The notes beneath the pieces were generated by a model. It was not told the DNA's origin, did not search any database, and was given only the letters and a program-made list of their open reading frames with translations. The position numbers and the translations under genes were made by a program. From a phage, in the sequence record PZ534511.1: a stretch of 64,000 nt of DNA. One strand, 5' to 3'. Each line of letters opens with the position of its first letter. Positions within the stretch are counted from its first letter, which is position 1. Below are positions 19,006 to 29,400 of this stretch, piece after piece.

Positions 19006-20052
19006 TTAAGCATAAGATATAGTGATCCATTGACCATTTACAAGTTTTTGGATAGCACCTGTCCAGTAATCACCTTGATAAGGGTGTTTATAAGCGTAGT
19101 TACCAGAGCACATCACATGTCCAGGGTAGACTCTTGACTCTCTGTAGGTGGTTTTAAAACGGTTTGCTATCCTTACATCATCAACCCCTCTGCTAGGCAT
19201 AGGGATAGTAAGGTTACCGCTACTGTCTGCGCCGTTACCATTTACCCTGCGGACCACGTTTCTTCCACCAACTGTTGCATATTGGCCCCTGACGGTTTCA
19301 TCGTTACAATCAACTCTTCCACCTATTTGAGCGCTTCCGCAGGATTGTTGTCCATTAACAGTGGCTCTTGGTATCGTGACCGCATTGGCATTTGCAGAGG
19401 AACTTTTTGCATCGTTGCATTCAAGATTTCCTTGGATAGCCAGTCTTGCACGGTTGGCAGTTATAGCATTGAGCTTCATAGCTGAAAACACAGGCTGCCC
19501 ACCAGAAGGTTGAAATCTCCAACGGAACCCATCTATTTGGTGAGAAGGATCATCAAGGTCTGTGCCGTCAGCACCACCGATGTTGTCCATAATCCAGAAA
19601 TCCATCGTCGTCTTGTCTGGAGTTATGGTGGTATATATTGCCGCACTGTCTGTTGACGCAGATGCAAACTCGATTCTTTGAAGACCTAAAGTTTGAGTCT
19701 GAGTCATTATGTCTCCAGACTTGTCAACATATAGATCGTCCATTTCTTCAGGTGAGTATACATTGAGAACTTGACGTGCAGCAGCTTTGTCTGGAACGTC
19801 TGCTAGATTATTAGTGACCCTTAAGAATCTATTATCCCATCCTGGGACAACATCTTCTGTTAAATGCTTCAACCACGCAGAAAGCATGTGAAGTTCAAAG
19901 TTAACAACTTCACATGCCATTCTTTGTGTCATATCCCAACCTTTCAATCTCTCTTCTTTTTTTGGTTGAGATTTATTCAACTCTCCCGTATTTTCAAGCA
20001 CAACATCCTGATTGGCCCAAATATCAAGAGGGATAACTGGTTTAGTCATCAC
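19006..20052 (-). CDS. Tail fibre protein, paralog B
   Basis: Homologous along its length to 21064..22104; GDIMTQTQTLGLQRIEF collar-like motif; shared C-terminus QKLVNGQWIT. Confidence 0.6.
   Translation of the reverse strand: MMTKPVIPLDIWANQDVVLENTGELNKSQPKKEERLKGWDMTQRMACEVVNFELHMLSAWLKHLTEDVVPGWDNRFLRVTNNLADVPDKAAARQVLNVYSPEEMDDLYVDKSGDIMTQTQTLGLQRIEFASASTDSAAIYTTITPDKTTMDFWIMDNIGGADGTDLDDPSHQIDGFRWRFQPSGGQPVFSAMKLNAITANRARLAIQGNLECNDAKSSSANANAVTIPRATVNGQQSCGSAQIGGRVDCNDETVRGQYATVGGRNVVRRVNGNGADSSGNLTIPMPSRGVDDVRIANRFKTTYRESRVYPGHVMCSGNYAYKHPYQGDYWTGAIQKLVNGQWITISYA
19021..19050 (-). repeat. 30-bp identical box at 3' end of fibre paralog B
   Basis: AGTGATCCATTGACCATTTACAAGTTTTTG also at 21079..21108; encodes QKLVNGQWIT. 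Confidence 0.8.
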
Positions 20053-20138
20053 GTTCTCCTGAGAAAATTCCTTAGGACTATTTTAACACTTTAGAGAACA
20101 AAATGCAAGAACGGAGTCCTTTCCGTTCTGACCTTTGT

Positions 20139-20453
20139 TTACCTTTTACTATGCTCTACGAGCATGTGCAAAATCTTTTGTACATCAGCTCGGATGCCGG
20201 AGACATCTGTCCTGACATCCTGCTTAAGGTCGTTAATATCGGCCTCTAGCTTGCTTAACCGAGTCTCGATAACGGAATCAAGTCTATCTTTTGTAACCAT
20301 ACTGTTTTTCACTAAGATGAGGTCTTTCTCCAGCTCATCCAACCTCTTGGAAATGCCTTTCCATTTGGTGTGCCACTGGTTGAAAGCCCATACACAGATC
20401 GGGACAACGGTACCCATGCAGATACCGTACAATGCCGCCAAATCCAACTCCAC
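20139..20453 (-). CDS. Membrane-anchored coiled-coil protein (104 aa)
   Basis: N-terminal hydrophobic helix LAALYGICMGTVVPICVWAF followed by heptad-like region. Confidence 0.4.
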   Translation of the reverse strand: MELDLAALYGICMGTVVPICVWAFNQWHTKWKGISKRLDELEKDLILVKNSMVTKDRLDSVIETRLSKLEADINDLKQDVRTDVSGIRADVQKILHMLVEHSKR

Positions 20454-20464
20454 AACACCTCCTC

Positions 20465-21049
20465 TTAGAGGGTAGGTCGCTCCGGGAAGAAAATGTCAGG
20501 GGCTTTAGATGTATCTATTTCAAGAAGTTTTACCCTGTACATTTTCAAATCTCTGATGTTACGTTTCTGGTCATCAGTAAGATCATATTCAAGGTCAATC
20601 ATGTCTTGATAGGCACCAATTCTAGCAGTAGCCCAAGCAAGTTCTGTCTCTATGACACCCTCTGCCTGTTGAACAAAGAATTCATTGTCTGTGACAAATT
20701 CATCACCAACTAAACGCAAAGCGTCGTGGTGAAGCATAATGTTTTCTGGTACCTCTTCTTTTTTGGCGATAACCACACGAAGACCTGGAGCAGGCCATAA
20801 GGCATCAGGTTCTTCTGTAGATGTCTTAAGAATTCCCTTCTCGTCAACAAGTAGGAAGATACACCCTGGATTTTCTTGTCGTAATGTTCGTGACTGCACA
20901 TACCAATCACCATCATCATTACGTAAAAAATACCCAGTGTATGCGGTGTAATCCTCGACCTCTTGAGGGGTCAGCTCCTTGGTTTCCTTGTTGGAGTAGT
21001 ATTCGCCAGATCCCGGTTGGTAAAGTTTAAACTCTTGAAGTATTTTCAT
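20465..21049 (-). CDS. Tail fibre assembly chaperone (Tfa-like)
   Basis: C-terminal MYRVKLLEIDTSKAPDIFFPERP matches Tfa-family signature; directly downstream of fibre paralog A. Confidence 0.6.
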   Translation of the reverse strand: MKILQEFKLYQPGSGEYYSNKETKELTPQEVEDYTAYTGYFLRNDDGDWYVQSRTLRQENPGCIFLLVDEKGILKTSTEEPDALWPAPGLRVVIAKKEEVPENIMLHHDALRLVGDEFVTDNEFFVQQAEGVIETELAWATARIGAYQDMIDLEYDLTDDQKRNIRDLKMYRVKLLEIDTSKAPDIFFPERPTL

Positions 21050-21063
21050 GCTAGTCCTCCGAT

Positions 21064-22104
21064 CTATGCATAATTAACAGTGATCCATTGACCATTTACA
21101 AGTTTTTGTAAAGGTCCTGCCCAGTAGGTTGAACCACGCATCTCTTTTTTGTCACCGAAATGCCAGCCTGTGACAACGTAGCCGTTGCGGATTGGAGATT
21201 CAGAAACGCCGTCCACAAGTCTTGCACCGATTCTGATGTCTTGCACACCTGTCTGCGGGATAGTGATCGTTACATCACCGTTACCGTTAGCCGTCACTCC
21301 ATTCACGGAGCGCACCACATTTCTGTTACCGACAACACAGTGCTGGCTTCTTACAACCATACTGTCACAACTTGCACCACCATTAACATATACTGACCCA
21401 GCCGTCAACTGACTAGCCACATTACAGTTGGTGAATGTTGCTGTATTGCTGATAGTAAGGTTATTGCACCTCATGTTATCGACAACTTCAACATTGCCTA
21501 CCACTTTCAACAGCGCACGATTAGCCGTGATCGCGTTAAGGTACATCAAAGTGAACTCTGGATTAATATCCGGCTGAGTTGGCTGGAATCTCCAACGAAA
21601 CGCATCTACTGTAGATGTACCACCATCATCAAACGACCCGGTATTATCACTTAACCCAAAGTCGAGAGTTGTCTTATCTGGGCCAATAGTTGTCTCTATC
21701 CAAGCCTTATCTGTCTCGGCAGCTTTAAAGTTGATACGTTGCAACCCCAAGGGGCCTGTCATTGTATCACCTGTAACTTTTACATACCTGGCGTCTGCCT
21801 CTTCCTTAGTGATAATCCCAAGGTTTCTACGGGCAACAGGGATGTTCAAAAGATCGCTCAAGTTATTATCACGTACCAGATAACGGCCTTCTTGAGCGGG
21901 GATCTGCTCGTCAGCAATGTATTTTGCCCAAGTTCCGAGCATATTGAAAATATAGTTAAGTTCTTCACAGGATGGCTTTTGACCAAGATCCCAACCTTTT
22001 CTCCACAAATCATCAATCGGGCGTAGCCTGTTCTGTCTGTGGGTGTTAGGCAGAACCTGATCCTCCTCTGCCCAAATCTCTAATGGAAAACTAGGTTTTG
22101 ACAT
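21064..22104 (-). CDS. Tail fibre protein, paralog A
   Basis: GDTMTGPLGLQRINF motif; C-terminus QKLVNGQWIT identical to paralog B. Confidence 0.6.
   Translation of the reverse strand: MSKPSFPLEIWAEEDQVLPNTHRQNRLRPIDDLWRKGWDLGQKPSCEELNYIFNMLGTWAKYIADEQIPAQEGRYLVRDNNLSDLLNIPVARRNLGIITKEEADARYVKVTGDTMTGPLGLQRINFKAAETDKAWIETTIGPDKTTLDFGLSDNTGSFDDGGTSTVDAFRWRFQPTQPDINPEFTLMYLNAITANRALLKVVGNVEVVDNMRCNNLTISNTATFTNCNVASQLTAGSVYVNGGASCDSMVVRSQHCVVGNRNVVRSVNGVTANGNGDVTITIPQTGVQDIRIGARLVDGVSESPIRNGYVVTGWHFGDKKEMRGSTYWAGPLQKLVNGQWITVNYA
21079..21108 (-). repeat. 30-bp identical box at 3' end of fibre paralog A
   Basis: Exact copy of 19021..19050; flanking bases differ. Confidence 0.8.
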
Positions 22105-22116
22105 TTTATCTCCTGA

Positions 22117-24189
22117 TTATGAGAAGTCTGGAGGGACAACATCTTCTACATACCCTTTCAGAGCAACCTGCCCCATATGAAGCACGGTAGAATCTCTGGC
22201 TGTAACAGTGATGCTGTCAGACATTACTTGCGGGTATGCCCACACATACTGTTTTACCTCAGGGTATCTATACTCTATGGTTGCCATGTTTCCGCAGATA
22301 CATCTCCATAAAAATTCTTGGTAATTCCTGGTTGGGTCGTAGCCATATACCGGAGCAAGCTCTTTACTAGGAACGAACCCTGCAAGGTATTGTATTTCAG
22401 ACGGTTGCCAACCTAACTTAACGATAGGTATGTTTACAGACTCTTTTGCCTTTTCAATACCTCCCTGCATCACCCAATCGTAGCACTCGGTGCAGAAGAA
22501 ATCAAGAGCACCTGCTTCTTTTTTATATTGGTCAGCAAGGTTCAGCTTTTGCGTAAGCTCTGTTTCCATAATGGTTGGGAAAAACAGCAGAGCTGTCATC
22601 TGAGCTGATGCAGCGTGTGCCTTTATTGCCTTTGAAATGGCCGCAATACGAGCGCCAAGCTTACCACGACAAAATGCTACATACTTGTCGTAAACACCGC
22701 CAGTTTTAGGATCGTCAATAGTCCCAATATCTAATGCATACTCACCTGTCTCATCATAAAACGCCTGCTTTGTAGGGTAATCATAAATACAAGGTCTACG
22801 AGTATCGGTATTGTACCACCACCACGGTTCACCAACCTGCATAATCACTGGCAGGTTGTTTCTCATAGCGGCTGATGCAAAATTCTTAAATACTGCAGTA
22901 AGGAAATTCATACCCTCTTCAATGGTTGGAGACAGGAGGTAGCTACAGGGTGTATACCCTGTTTTAGCGTAGTTATCGTTCCAGTCTCTTTGGGTCCATT
23001 CCAACGGGCAGGCATCGCTGAAAAGCTCAAAACTTACAGATTGCATAACGTCGAAGTTATGTCGTTTGGCATTGTACATAAAATCATCATGCCATTTATA
23101 AGCTGCAGCGTTTAGCGCCCCTGTTCTGTTTATAGACCATTGGGTTCCTGACCATGTGTAGTCATAATAATGACTCATACCAACATAATGGTTTATGGTT
23201 CCGGTATAGCCCAGACGCTTGATATTGTTCAACACCCTTAAAGGAGATACGTTCCACATATCGTCATATGCGGTGCAGATCCCAACGTCGTGCTCTTTAA
23301 CCTGAATATTGTTAAGTTGCATCATTTTCCAGCCTGTGTCTGGCTGGAGCAGATCTAGGCGCAACTCACACTCTACATTTTCCGTTCTCGGGTCTGTGCT
23401 ATTACTTACCCAGTCTTTAGGCATAAGCGGTATTAAAATCCTTCTCACCTGTCGAGGATCAACACCCATCATGTTGTTGTTCTGATCCATCCCGACGCAG
23501 TCCTCGAAATCAATATGAATCTCTGCAACATTCTTATCCTCTGAGATGCTGACAGCATATTGAGCTAAAGGAACATAGATGATTGTGCCATCAACAAGGT
23601 CTACAGTCATAATCATCTTTTCAGGGGTGGAGAAGTTGCTGGCATTGGTTATTGACATTCTGAACCAAAGCTTGGTGTTTCTCATCTCATAGTGATCATC
23701 AAACCCAATACCGAAATGGTCATACTTGTCAACTGTTTCCCAAATGCACCCAGCCATACCTCCATATGTTCTTGACACTAAACGGTTAATACAACAGTTG
23801 TTATCTGCAACAATACAGGTACTTTCAGTCTGCTGAGTAGTTGTAACCCAATACCTTGGGTGAAACATTCTCTCCTCAACAGTATCCCAAGATATCCTGT
23901 CAAGATTCTCATCTGAAACTATTGTACATTTCGCCCTTTGTGTTCCAATCATCACCCCTTGAGATTTTGATGAAAACTCCATAAAGAAGCTTCTTGGCAA
24001 CCTGTTGGGTAATTTGTCAACAATTTCCACTGGGATCTCAATACTGGTTGCCCCAATTGGGATAGTTACATCACCCTCAACATGATTATAATCCCTACCA
24101 GGAACGGCAGTATCCTGAACTGTGCGGTAATGAAACCGTGCAGCCATTGTAGAGTAATCACGGTAAGGTTTAAAAATAGCTGTTGCCAT
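22117..24189 (-). CDS. Baseplate-associated fibre/spike protein (690 aa)
   Basis: Position between gpI-like gene and fibre paralogs; no firm motif. Confidence 0.4.
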   Translation of the reverse strand: MATAIFKPYRDYSTMAARFHYRTVQDTAVPGRDYNHVEGDVTIPIGATSIEIPVEIVDKLPNRLPRSFFMEFSSKSQGVMIGTQRAKCTIVSDENLDRISWDTVEERMFHPRYWVTTTQQTESTCIVADNNCCINRLVSRTYGGMAGCIWETVDKYDHFGIGFDDHYEMRNTKLWFRMSITNASNFSTPEKMIMTVDLVDGTIIYVPLAQYAVSISEDKNVAEIHIDFEDCVGMDQNNNMMGVDPRQVRRILIPLMPKDWVSNSTDPRTENVECELRLDLLQPDTGWKMMQLNNIQVKEHDVGICTAYDDMWNVSPLRVLNNIKRLGYTGTINHYVGMSHYYDYTWSGTQWSINRTGALNAAAYKWHDDFMYNAKRHNFDVMQSVSFELFSDACPLEWTQRDWNDNYAKTGYTPCSYLLSPTIEEGMNFLTAVFKNFASAAMRNNLPVIMQVGEPWWWYNTDTRRPCIYDYPTKQAFYDETGEYALDIGTIDDPKTGGVYDKYVAFCRGKLGARIAAISKAIKAHAASAQMTALLFFPTIMETELTQKLNLADQYKKEAGALDFFCTECYDWVMQGGIEKAKESVNIPIVKLGWQPSEIQYLAGFVPSKELAPVYGYDPTRNYQEFLWRCICGNMATIEYRYPEVKQYVWAYPQVMSDSITVTARDSTVLHMGQVALKGYVEDVVPPDFS

Positions 24190-24875
24190 TAACCCTCCTG
24201 TCTAGTTGCGTTTACTGTAATACTTTCACAATAAATGGTTGTGGTGTCCCAATCAGGTCTTACGTCAGGAACATACAGCAAAGTAGCCAGCCCACCAACT
24301 CCGAATTGGTTTTCTTCCCACACTGATCCGAAGCCAAGAGCTGTAGAGTCCCCTTCAAAACCAAAAGCTTGCCCTTGCGATTCTGTAAGACGCAAATGAC
24401 AAGGTAATGGTAGCATATCTAAGATCTGATCGATAGACTGCAATATGTCAAAGCAAGTTTTTCTAATATTTATGTCAAACCTGAAGTTGTCTCCTTTCCA
24501 CGTATCGAAATTGTCTCTTCCGAACAATTGTCGCAAGGTGGAGATGACATCTTCGCGAGTCCCGCCCCTTGATGCTGCGGCCTGCTGAATAATTAGTGTG
24601 GCACGAAAATCAGCATCTGAAAGTCCATTCCTAAGAATACCAAGTTGATTACCAACTTCGTCAAGGTATCTTCCGCTGGCATTGTTAAGCAATCTTCCTT
24701 CAGCCAAACCTACCAGCATCTTATCAACATCCTCCAACCTTTTAAGGTATACGGTTAAGAATGTGACTAAATTAACCTTCTCAGCCAGAAAATCTCCAGG
24801 CAGGTAGTCAAGACCTCCCTGAACAAAATCTGGCAGAGTGTGGATGTGGTTAACATCCGACTTAATCTCTGCCAT
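24189..24875 (-). CDS. Baseplate protein, gpI-like
   Basis: Follows baseplate J-like gene with start/stop overlap; assignment by position and size. Confidence 0.4.
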   Translation of the reverse strand: MAEIKSDVNHIHTLPDFVQGGLDYLPGDFLAEKVNLVTFLTVYLKRLEDVDKMLVGLAEGRLLNNASGRYLDEVGNQLGILRNGLSDADFRATLIIQQAAASRGGTREDVISTLRQLFGRDNFDTWKGDNFRFDINIRKTCFDILQSIDQILDMLPLPCHLRLTESQGQAFGFEGDSTALGFGSVWEENQFGVGGLATLLYVPDVRPDWDTTTIYCESITVNATRQEG

Positions 24876-24886
24876 ATCTCGCCGCC

Positions 24887-26377
24887 TTAAATAGTTTGTT
24901 GGAAAGTTATATTACTTTCGTCGAGGTCAAACACCTCGGTCATGTTCGCAACAATATCGTTTGTAGTGTAAGCTTCATCAGAAGCTCCTACGGATTTAAC
25001 TTGAATTACCAGCCTATTAAATCTGCCTATTGACACAGCAGCAGATGCAGCACCTACCAATTGGATATTATACAACGTATCTGCAACATCCAGTCCGTTA
25101 ACAACCTGCAAAAGAGCCTCTATAATGGCATCTTTTTCGGTTGTAGAAAGCGCAGCACCGGAGTAGGTAATTCTTACATCTAGGCGGTAGGTGTTTGCCT
25201 TGGAGTAATAAATTCTTTCAGTTTGACCGTCAGATGTAGTGACATCGTAGAAAATATTACCATAAGTCCTGTTCGTACAGGCTATAGTTTGGTAAAGTGC
25301 TTGGCAAATGTCTTCCGTTGCACCACCAAACACAACCACTTGGAACTTGTAAGGGGGTATACCTTTAGCATCAGTTTTATCGGTGTTATTGGAGAACACT
25401 CTCACTTTCTCAACACCTTTCACCTCGCTTACAGCGCTAAGGATTGCAGGACGGGTAGCCTTAGATGTTAACTGTTTTGTGCTGGAAGCTCTTAAGCGAT
25501 ACTCTGAGTCTTTCTCAACATCCCTGCCCTCATTGAATCTTTCTCGGTTGGTAAGCTTGATAAATCCACTGGGAGTAGGTGACATTGTTGTCACGGTTTC
25601 TGCCTCTCTTGACAACTCACCCGCCTCGTTAGCGATAACATCCAGTGTGATAGTTCTTTCCCCTACAATCGGGGATACTCTGAAATCTACTCTACTATTA
25701 AGTCCAACTTGATCAAGATTCGAATTGTACCCTATCCACAACGTTCCTGTCAACATATCTATCTGAATCAAATCGTCGTTCAACAGGGTTGTATTATCGA
25801 CAATGAACTGCTTAATCTCTCCGTAAAAGCTTGGCAGATCAGAAGAGTCCAGAGACTTATCTGTTAAAACCAGACTTTTTGTTTTGATACTTCCATCTGT
25901 CTGGTTGGTAATTTGAAAGTTGTATTTACCAATCCTTAGGTCTGGGGCATTTATTCTGTGAGCAATAAGATTCCCTGCTACTTGCACATCGTTGCTAAGA
26001 ACAAAGTTGCCACTGTCCAGCGTATAAGTTTTGGAATCATAAATCATATTGTACGGCACAGTTGTGTTGATTGTCAACTGGCAGGTACCTGATGATTTAG
26101 AACGGCCTCTTCGGTAAATACCTTGTCTTCCAAGAAGCTCATCTAGGTAAATACCTTCTGCCCCATACAGCGTCTGTGATGCGTATACAGATGCTGCCAT
26201 AAGAATAAGTTGATACTCTCGCTCGTTGAAGATAGTGGTCAGCTTATCTGCAACGGAGTTACTCTGTACGTTGAAGTTTTCGCCAAAAGCACGGATCAGG
26301 CTTTGCTTAGTTTCAACGATTAGGTCATTTAGGGTTGGTATAACGAAACCAGCCTCTGTCAATCCATACTTAGCCAC
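24887..26377 (-). CDS. Baseplate J-like protein
   Basis: N-terminal pattern resembles Baseplate_J family (YGAEGIYLDELLGRQGIYRRG); GTG start after GGAGGAG. Confidence 0.5.
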   Translation of the reverse strand: MAKYGLTEAGFVIPTLNDLIVETKQSLIRAFGENFNVQSNSVADKLTTIFNEREYQLILMAASVYASQTLYGAEGIYLDELLGRQGIYRRGRSKSSGTCQLTINTTVPYNMIYDSKTYTLDSGNFVLSNDVQVAGNLIAHRINAPDLRIGKYNFQITNQTDGSIKTKSLVLTDKSLDSSDLPSFYGEIKQFIVDNTTLLNDDLIQIDMLTGTLWIGYNSNLDQVGLNSRVDFRVSPIVGERTITLDVIANEAGELSREAETVTTMSPTPSGFIKLTNRERFNEGRDVEKDSEYRLRASSTKQLTSKATRPAILSAVSEVKGVEKVRVFSNNTDKTDAKGIPPYKFQVVVFGGATEDICQALYQTIACTNRTYGNIFYDVTTSDGQTERIYYSKANTYRLDVRITYSGAALSTTEKDAIIEALLQVVNGLDVADTLYNIQLVGAASAAVSIGRFNRLVIQVKSVGASDEAYTTNDIVANMTEVFDLDESNITFQQTI

Positions 26378-26410
26378 GTCACTCCTCCGGTATGAAAATC
26401 TCTACAAGGT

Positions 26411-26439
26411 ATTTTACCAAATTTTGTAACAATAGTCAA
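26411..26439 (-). promoter_or_regulatory. Sigma70-like promoter (TTGACT-17-TAAAAT)
   Basis: Just downstream of fibre-gene terminator and upstream of baseplate J-like gene. Confidence 0.45.
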
Positions 26440-26445
26440 TCTGAG

Positions 26446-26473
26446 CATAAAAATAAACCCCGCCGAAGCGGGG
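26446..26473 (-). terminator. Rho-independent terminator
   Basis: CCCCGC-cgaa-GCGGGG then TTTATTTTTATG on minus strand; same stem-loop as at 319-334. Confidence 0.6.
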
Positions 26474-26482
26474 CTTTAAAGG

Positions 26483-29400
26483 TTAGTCGTGAGACTCGTT
26501 CCAAGGTCCCTGGAAGCTAGAGTTTGAACGACTTACTATCACAGTAGGACAGGATATTGTAACACCTGTTATAGCTGAGGTGGACCAGCGTGTGTAAATT
26601 TCAACAATAATGTCTATGGTCTGTTCACCCAGCCCTGTTATCCCGACTGCACACATACCATCGTTGTCGTTACCATACTTCTTGCCAGCGAGCAACTGGT
26701 GCCCCGCTATCCACACATTCAACTGGGAGCCTCCTAGAGTTCCGTTAAGCTTAAAGAAGAATGTTACGTTCTTACCTTGTCCTTGAACGTTATCCACGTA
26801 TCTCCATCTCCAACGGCAAACCTGCTGCTGAGAGTTGTATACTGGAGGACAGTCACCGTAGGTCTTGTGTGCAACTATTGCACCTTCGAACTGGTTAGCA
26901 CGAATAACAGAAGCCTCTACACGCCCACGGAAGGTACCTCCGGTTGCATCTATGGTGCCCCTAAAGCTACCGTTATTGGCATAAACATCCCCACGGAAGG
27001 TACCACTGGTGGCGTTAACTGCCCCTGTGAAGTTACCAGAACTGGCGTTGATGTTGCCTTTCACCCATACATCCATAAATTGGGCGTGCCCGTTCTTGTT
27101 AATATACCAACCGTATTTATGGTACCCGTTGCCATCGTAGTTGTTTGACGAAATTTCTTGTGCGATCTTGGCAGAAGAGATCGTGCCATTCTCTATAAAA
27201 GCGTCTTTCAAGAACGCTTGGTTGTTCTTGATTGCGAAAGCAAGGGTTGCTGTTCCATTTCCGGGGTTGTATACCGCAAAGTTGTTTGCACTAACCATGA
27301 AGTAGGATTGAACTTGGCCCCCAGACCCTTCCATCCCCAACTGGATACCTGCAACATATTTATTCCCTGCGGAGTCTACCTGTATTTTTGTGCCCCATTG
27401 AGCATTTACTTTACCCTCTAAGTCGGTTACAGCCTTAGATGTTGTAGCTACTGCAGCCCTAAGCTCAGATACATCCCCAACATCATTGATGATCTCCTGC
27501 TTAGCGACAGCAAGTTCTTGACGAATAGCTGACGCTGTGCCGTTGATAAGGTCCACAGTGGCTTTGTTGGTATCGGAAATTGTAGCATCCAGCGCTGTTT
27601 TTGTGGAGGTCAGTTTTCCATCCAAAGCATCAATCGCTTGCTTGTTGGTAGAGATCTCCCCACGTGCAGAAGTTATTTGCTCTGACAGTGCAGATGTTTT
27701 CTGATTCAACAAGTCAGTGGTGGCCTTGTTGGTATTGGCAATCAAGGTGTTGAGGTCAGTTTTTGCGGTAGTTATCTTGCCGTCAAGGGTGGTATAGTTT
27801 TTAGATACCGTCGCGTTTGTCTGACTAATCTTTTGATCCAGAGTTTCAGATGTCCTGTTCAAAAGATCTACAGTGGCTTGGTTAGTGCTCAAGATGCTTG
27901 CGTCAAGTTCTGTTCTCTGAGTATTGATCTTACCATCCAGAGTTTTATCTCCGGCTAAATACCCGCTCTCAACTCCCCCTATCTGCTCTACCAGCTCACC
28001 TTTGGCGGCAACCAATTTCTCATCTAAAGCCTCTGTCTTTTTGTTCAGAAGATCAGTAGTTGCTTTATTGGTTGTCTCGATTAGAGATGCCAGTCTGCCA
28101 CTTTCAGTGTTCAGATCGTTGGTGAATTTGTTCTGTGCAGCAACAAGTTTCCTATCCAGCGCTGTAATGTTACCATTGACATCTTCAAACTTCTGAGTTG
28201 TTTCTGTAACTACCGCACCTATTCTGTCCCCAAGTTGCTGGAACGCTTCATCTACCCTACCATCCATGTACCTGTTAAGTTCTGTGACACGATTTTCAAC
28301 CTCTTCAATAGAGGAATCCAAAGTGCTCATCAACTCTTTATAAGTTTCTGTCTTTTTGAATTCAGCATCTATCTGAGGCATCAAATCCTCAATAGAGGTG
28401 TAGCAGCGTGCAGCGCATTCTACAAACTGAGAACTACCAAAAGCGTTTGTGGTTCGAATATACCAATAATAAACCTTATCGTTCTGCAGACCTTCAGATG
28501 TCCAAGTTGAACCAACACCCATACGGGTGGCGTTTGAAGTAACGGTTGCATCACTGGTGTCTGGCAACCTTGTCATACCGGATGTCCAAAAGTCATACTG
28601 GGTGCTAACACTTGCTAAATCCCTACTATGCGGAATCAAGGTGATAGCAAAGTATCCTTGCTTAACCTCTACAGAAACCGGAGCTTCAGGTGCCTGAATG
28701 TTAAACTCACAATACGCTTCTGGAGATACACCACCTTTATAAGATGTTGCAACCACGGTTGCTGTGTATGACCCTTTGGTCAAACCTTCTACTCTGACAA
28801 ACTGCTCAACTGTCTGTGCTGTCCAAACAATCTCTCCGTTCTTTCTTACCTGCACAATATTTTGAGCGTAAGTCCCAACGTTGTCCCAAGCCAAAACACC
28901 GTGAGTTACTTCCCCAGCTTGGAGAACGGAGTATCTGAAGTTTTGCGGTTGAGCTACACCAGATGGAGATATCGGAATATCTACATTGCCAGAATCCGGA
29001 AGTTGCCCTGTGGCATCATTCCACTCTTTAGCATCTTGACGAAGTTTTACCTTGACACCACCCTTTTTGGTAAACTCCCATTCAAGAACCCTCATTTCTT
29101 GGCCCACTATACCTATACTTGGAAGGTTCATTGTAACGTAACGACCAGGTTTAAATTTAAAACCTCGCATATTGCAGGTGACTTCAATAATCCTGCCAGC
29201 TCTCGCGCGTCTTAAGAAGATTGCAGAAACACGCTGAGCTTGATAAGGGCTGGTAACAAAGCGATAGTCTATATCGATTATCTTTCTTTCTCCATCCTTC
29301 TCTATCCACTCTGGGACAAACACTGATGGAAAATCTGTTTCAGAATACCCTTTGGTCGGACTAGTGAATCTGCCGGTTATTGTGTTGGATCTTTTGTCAA

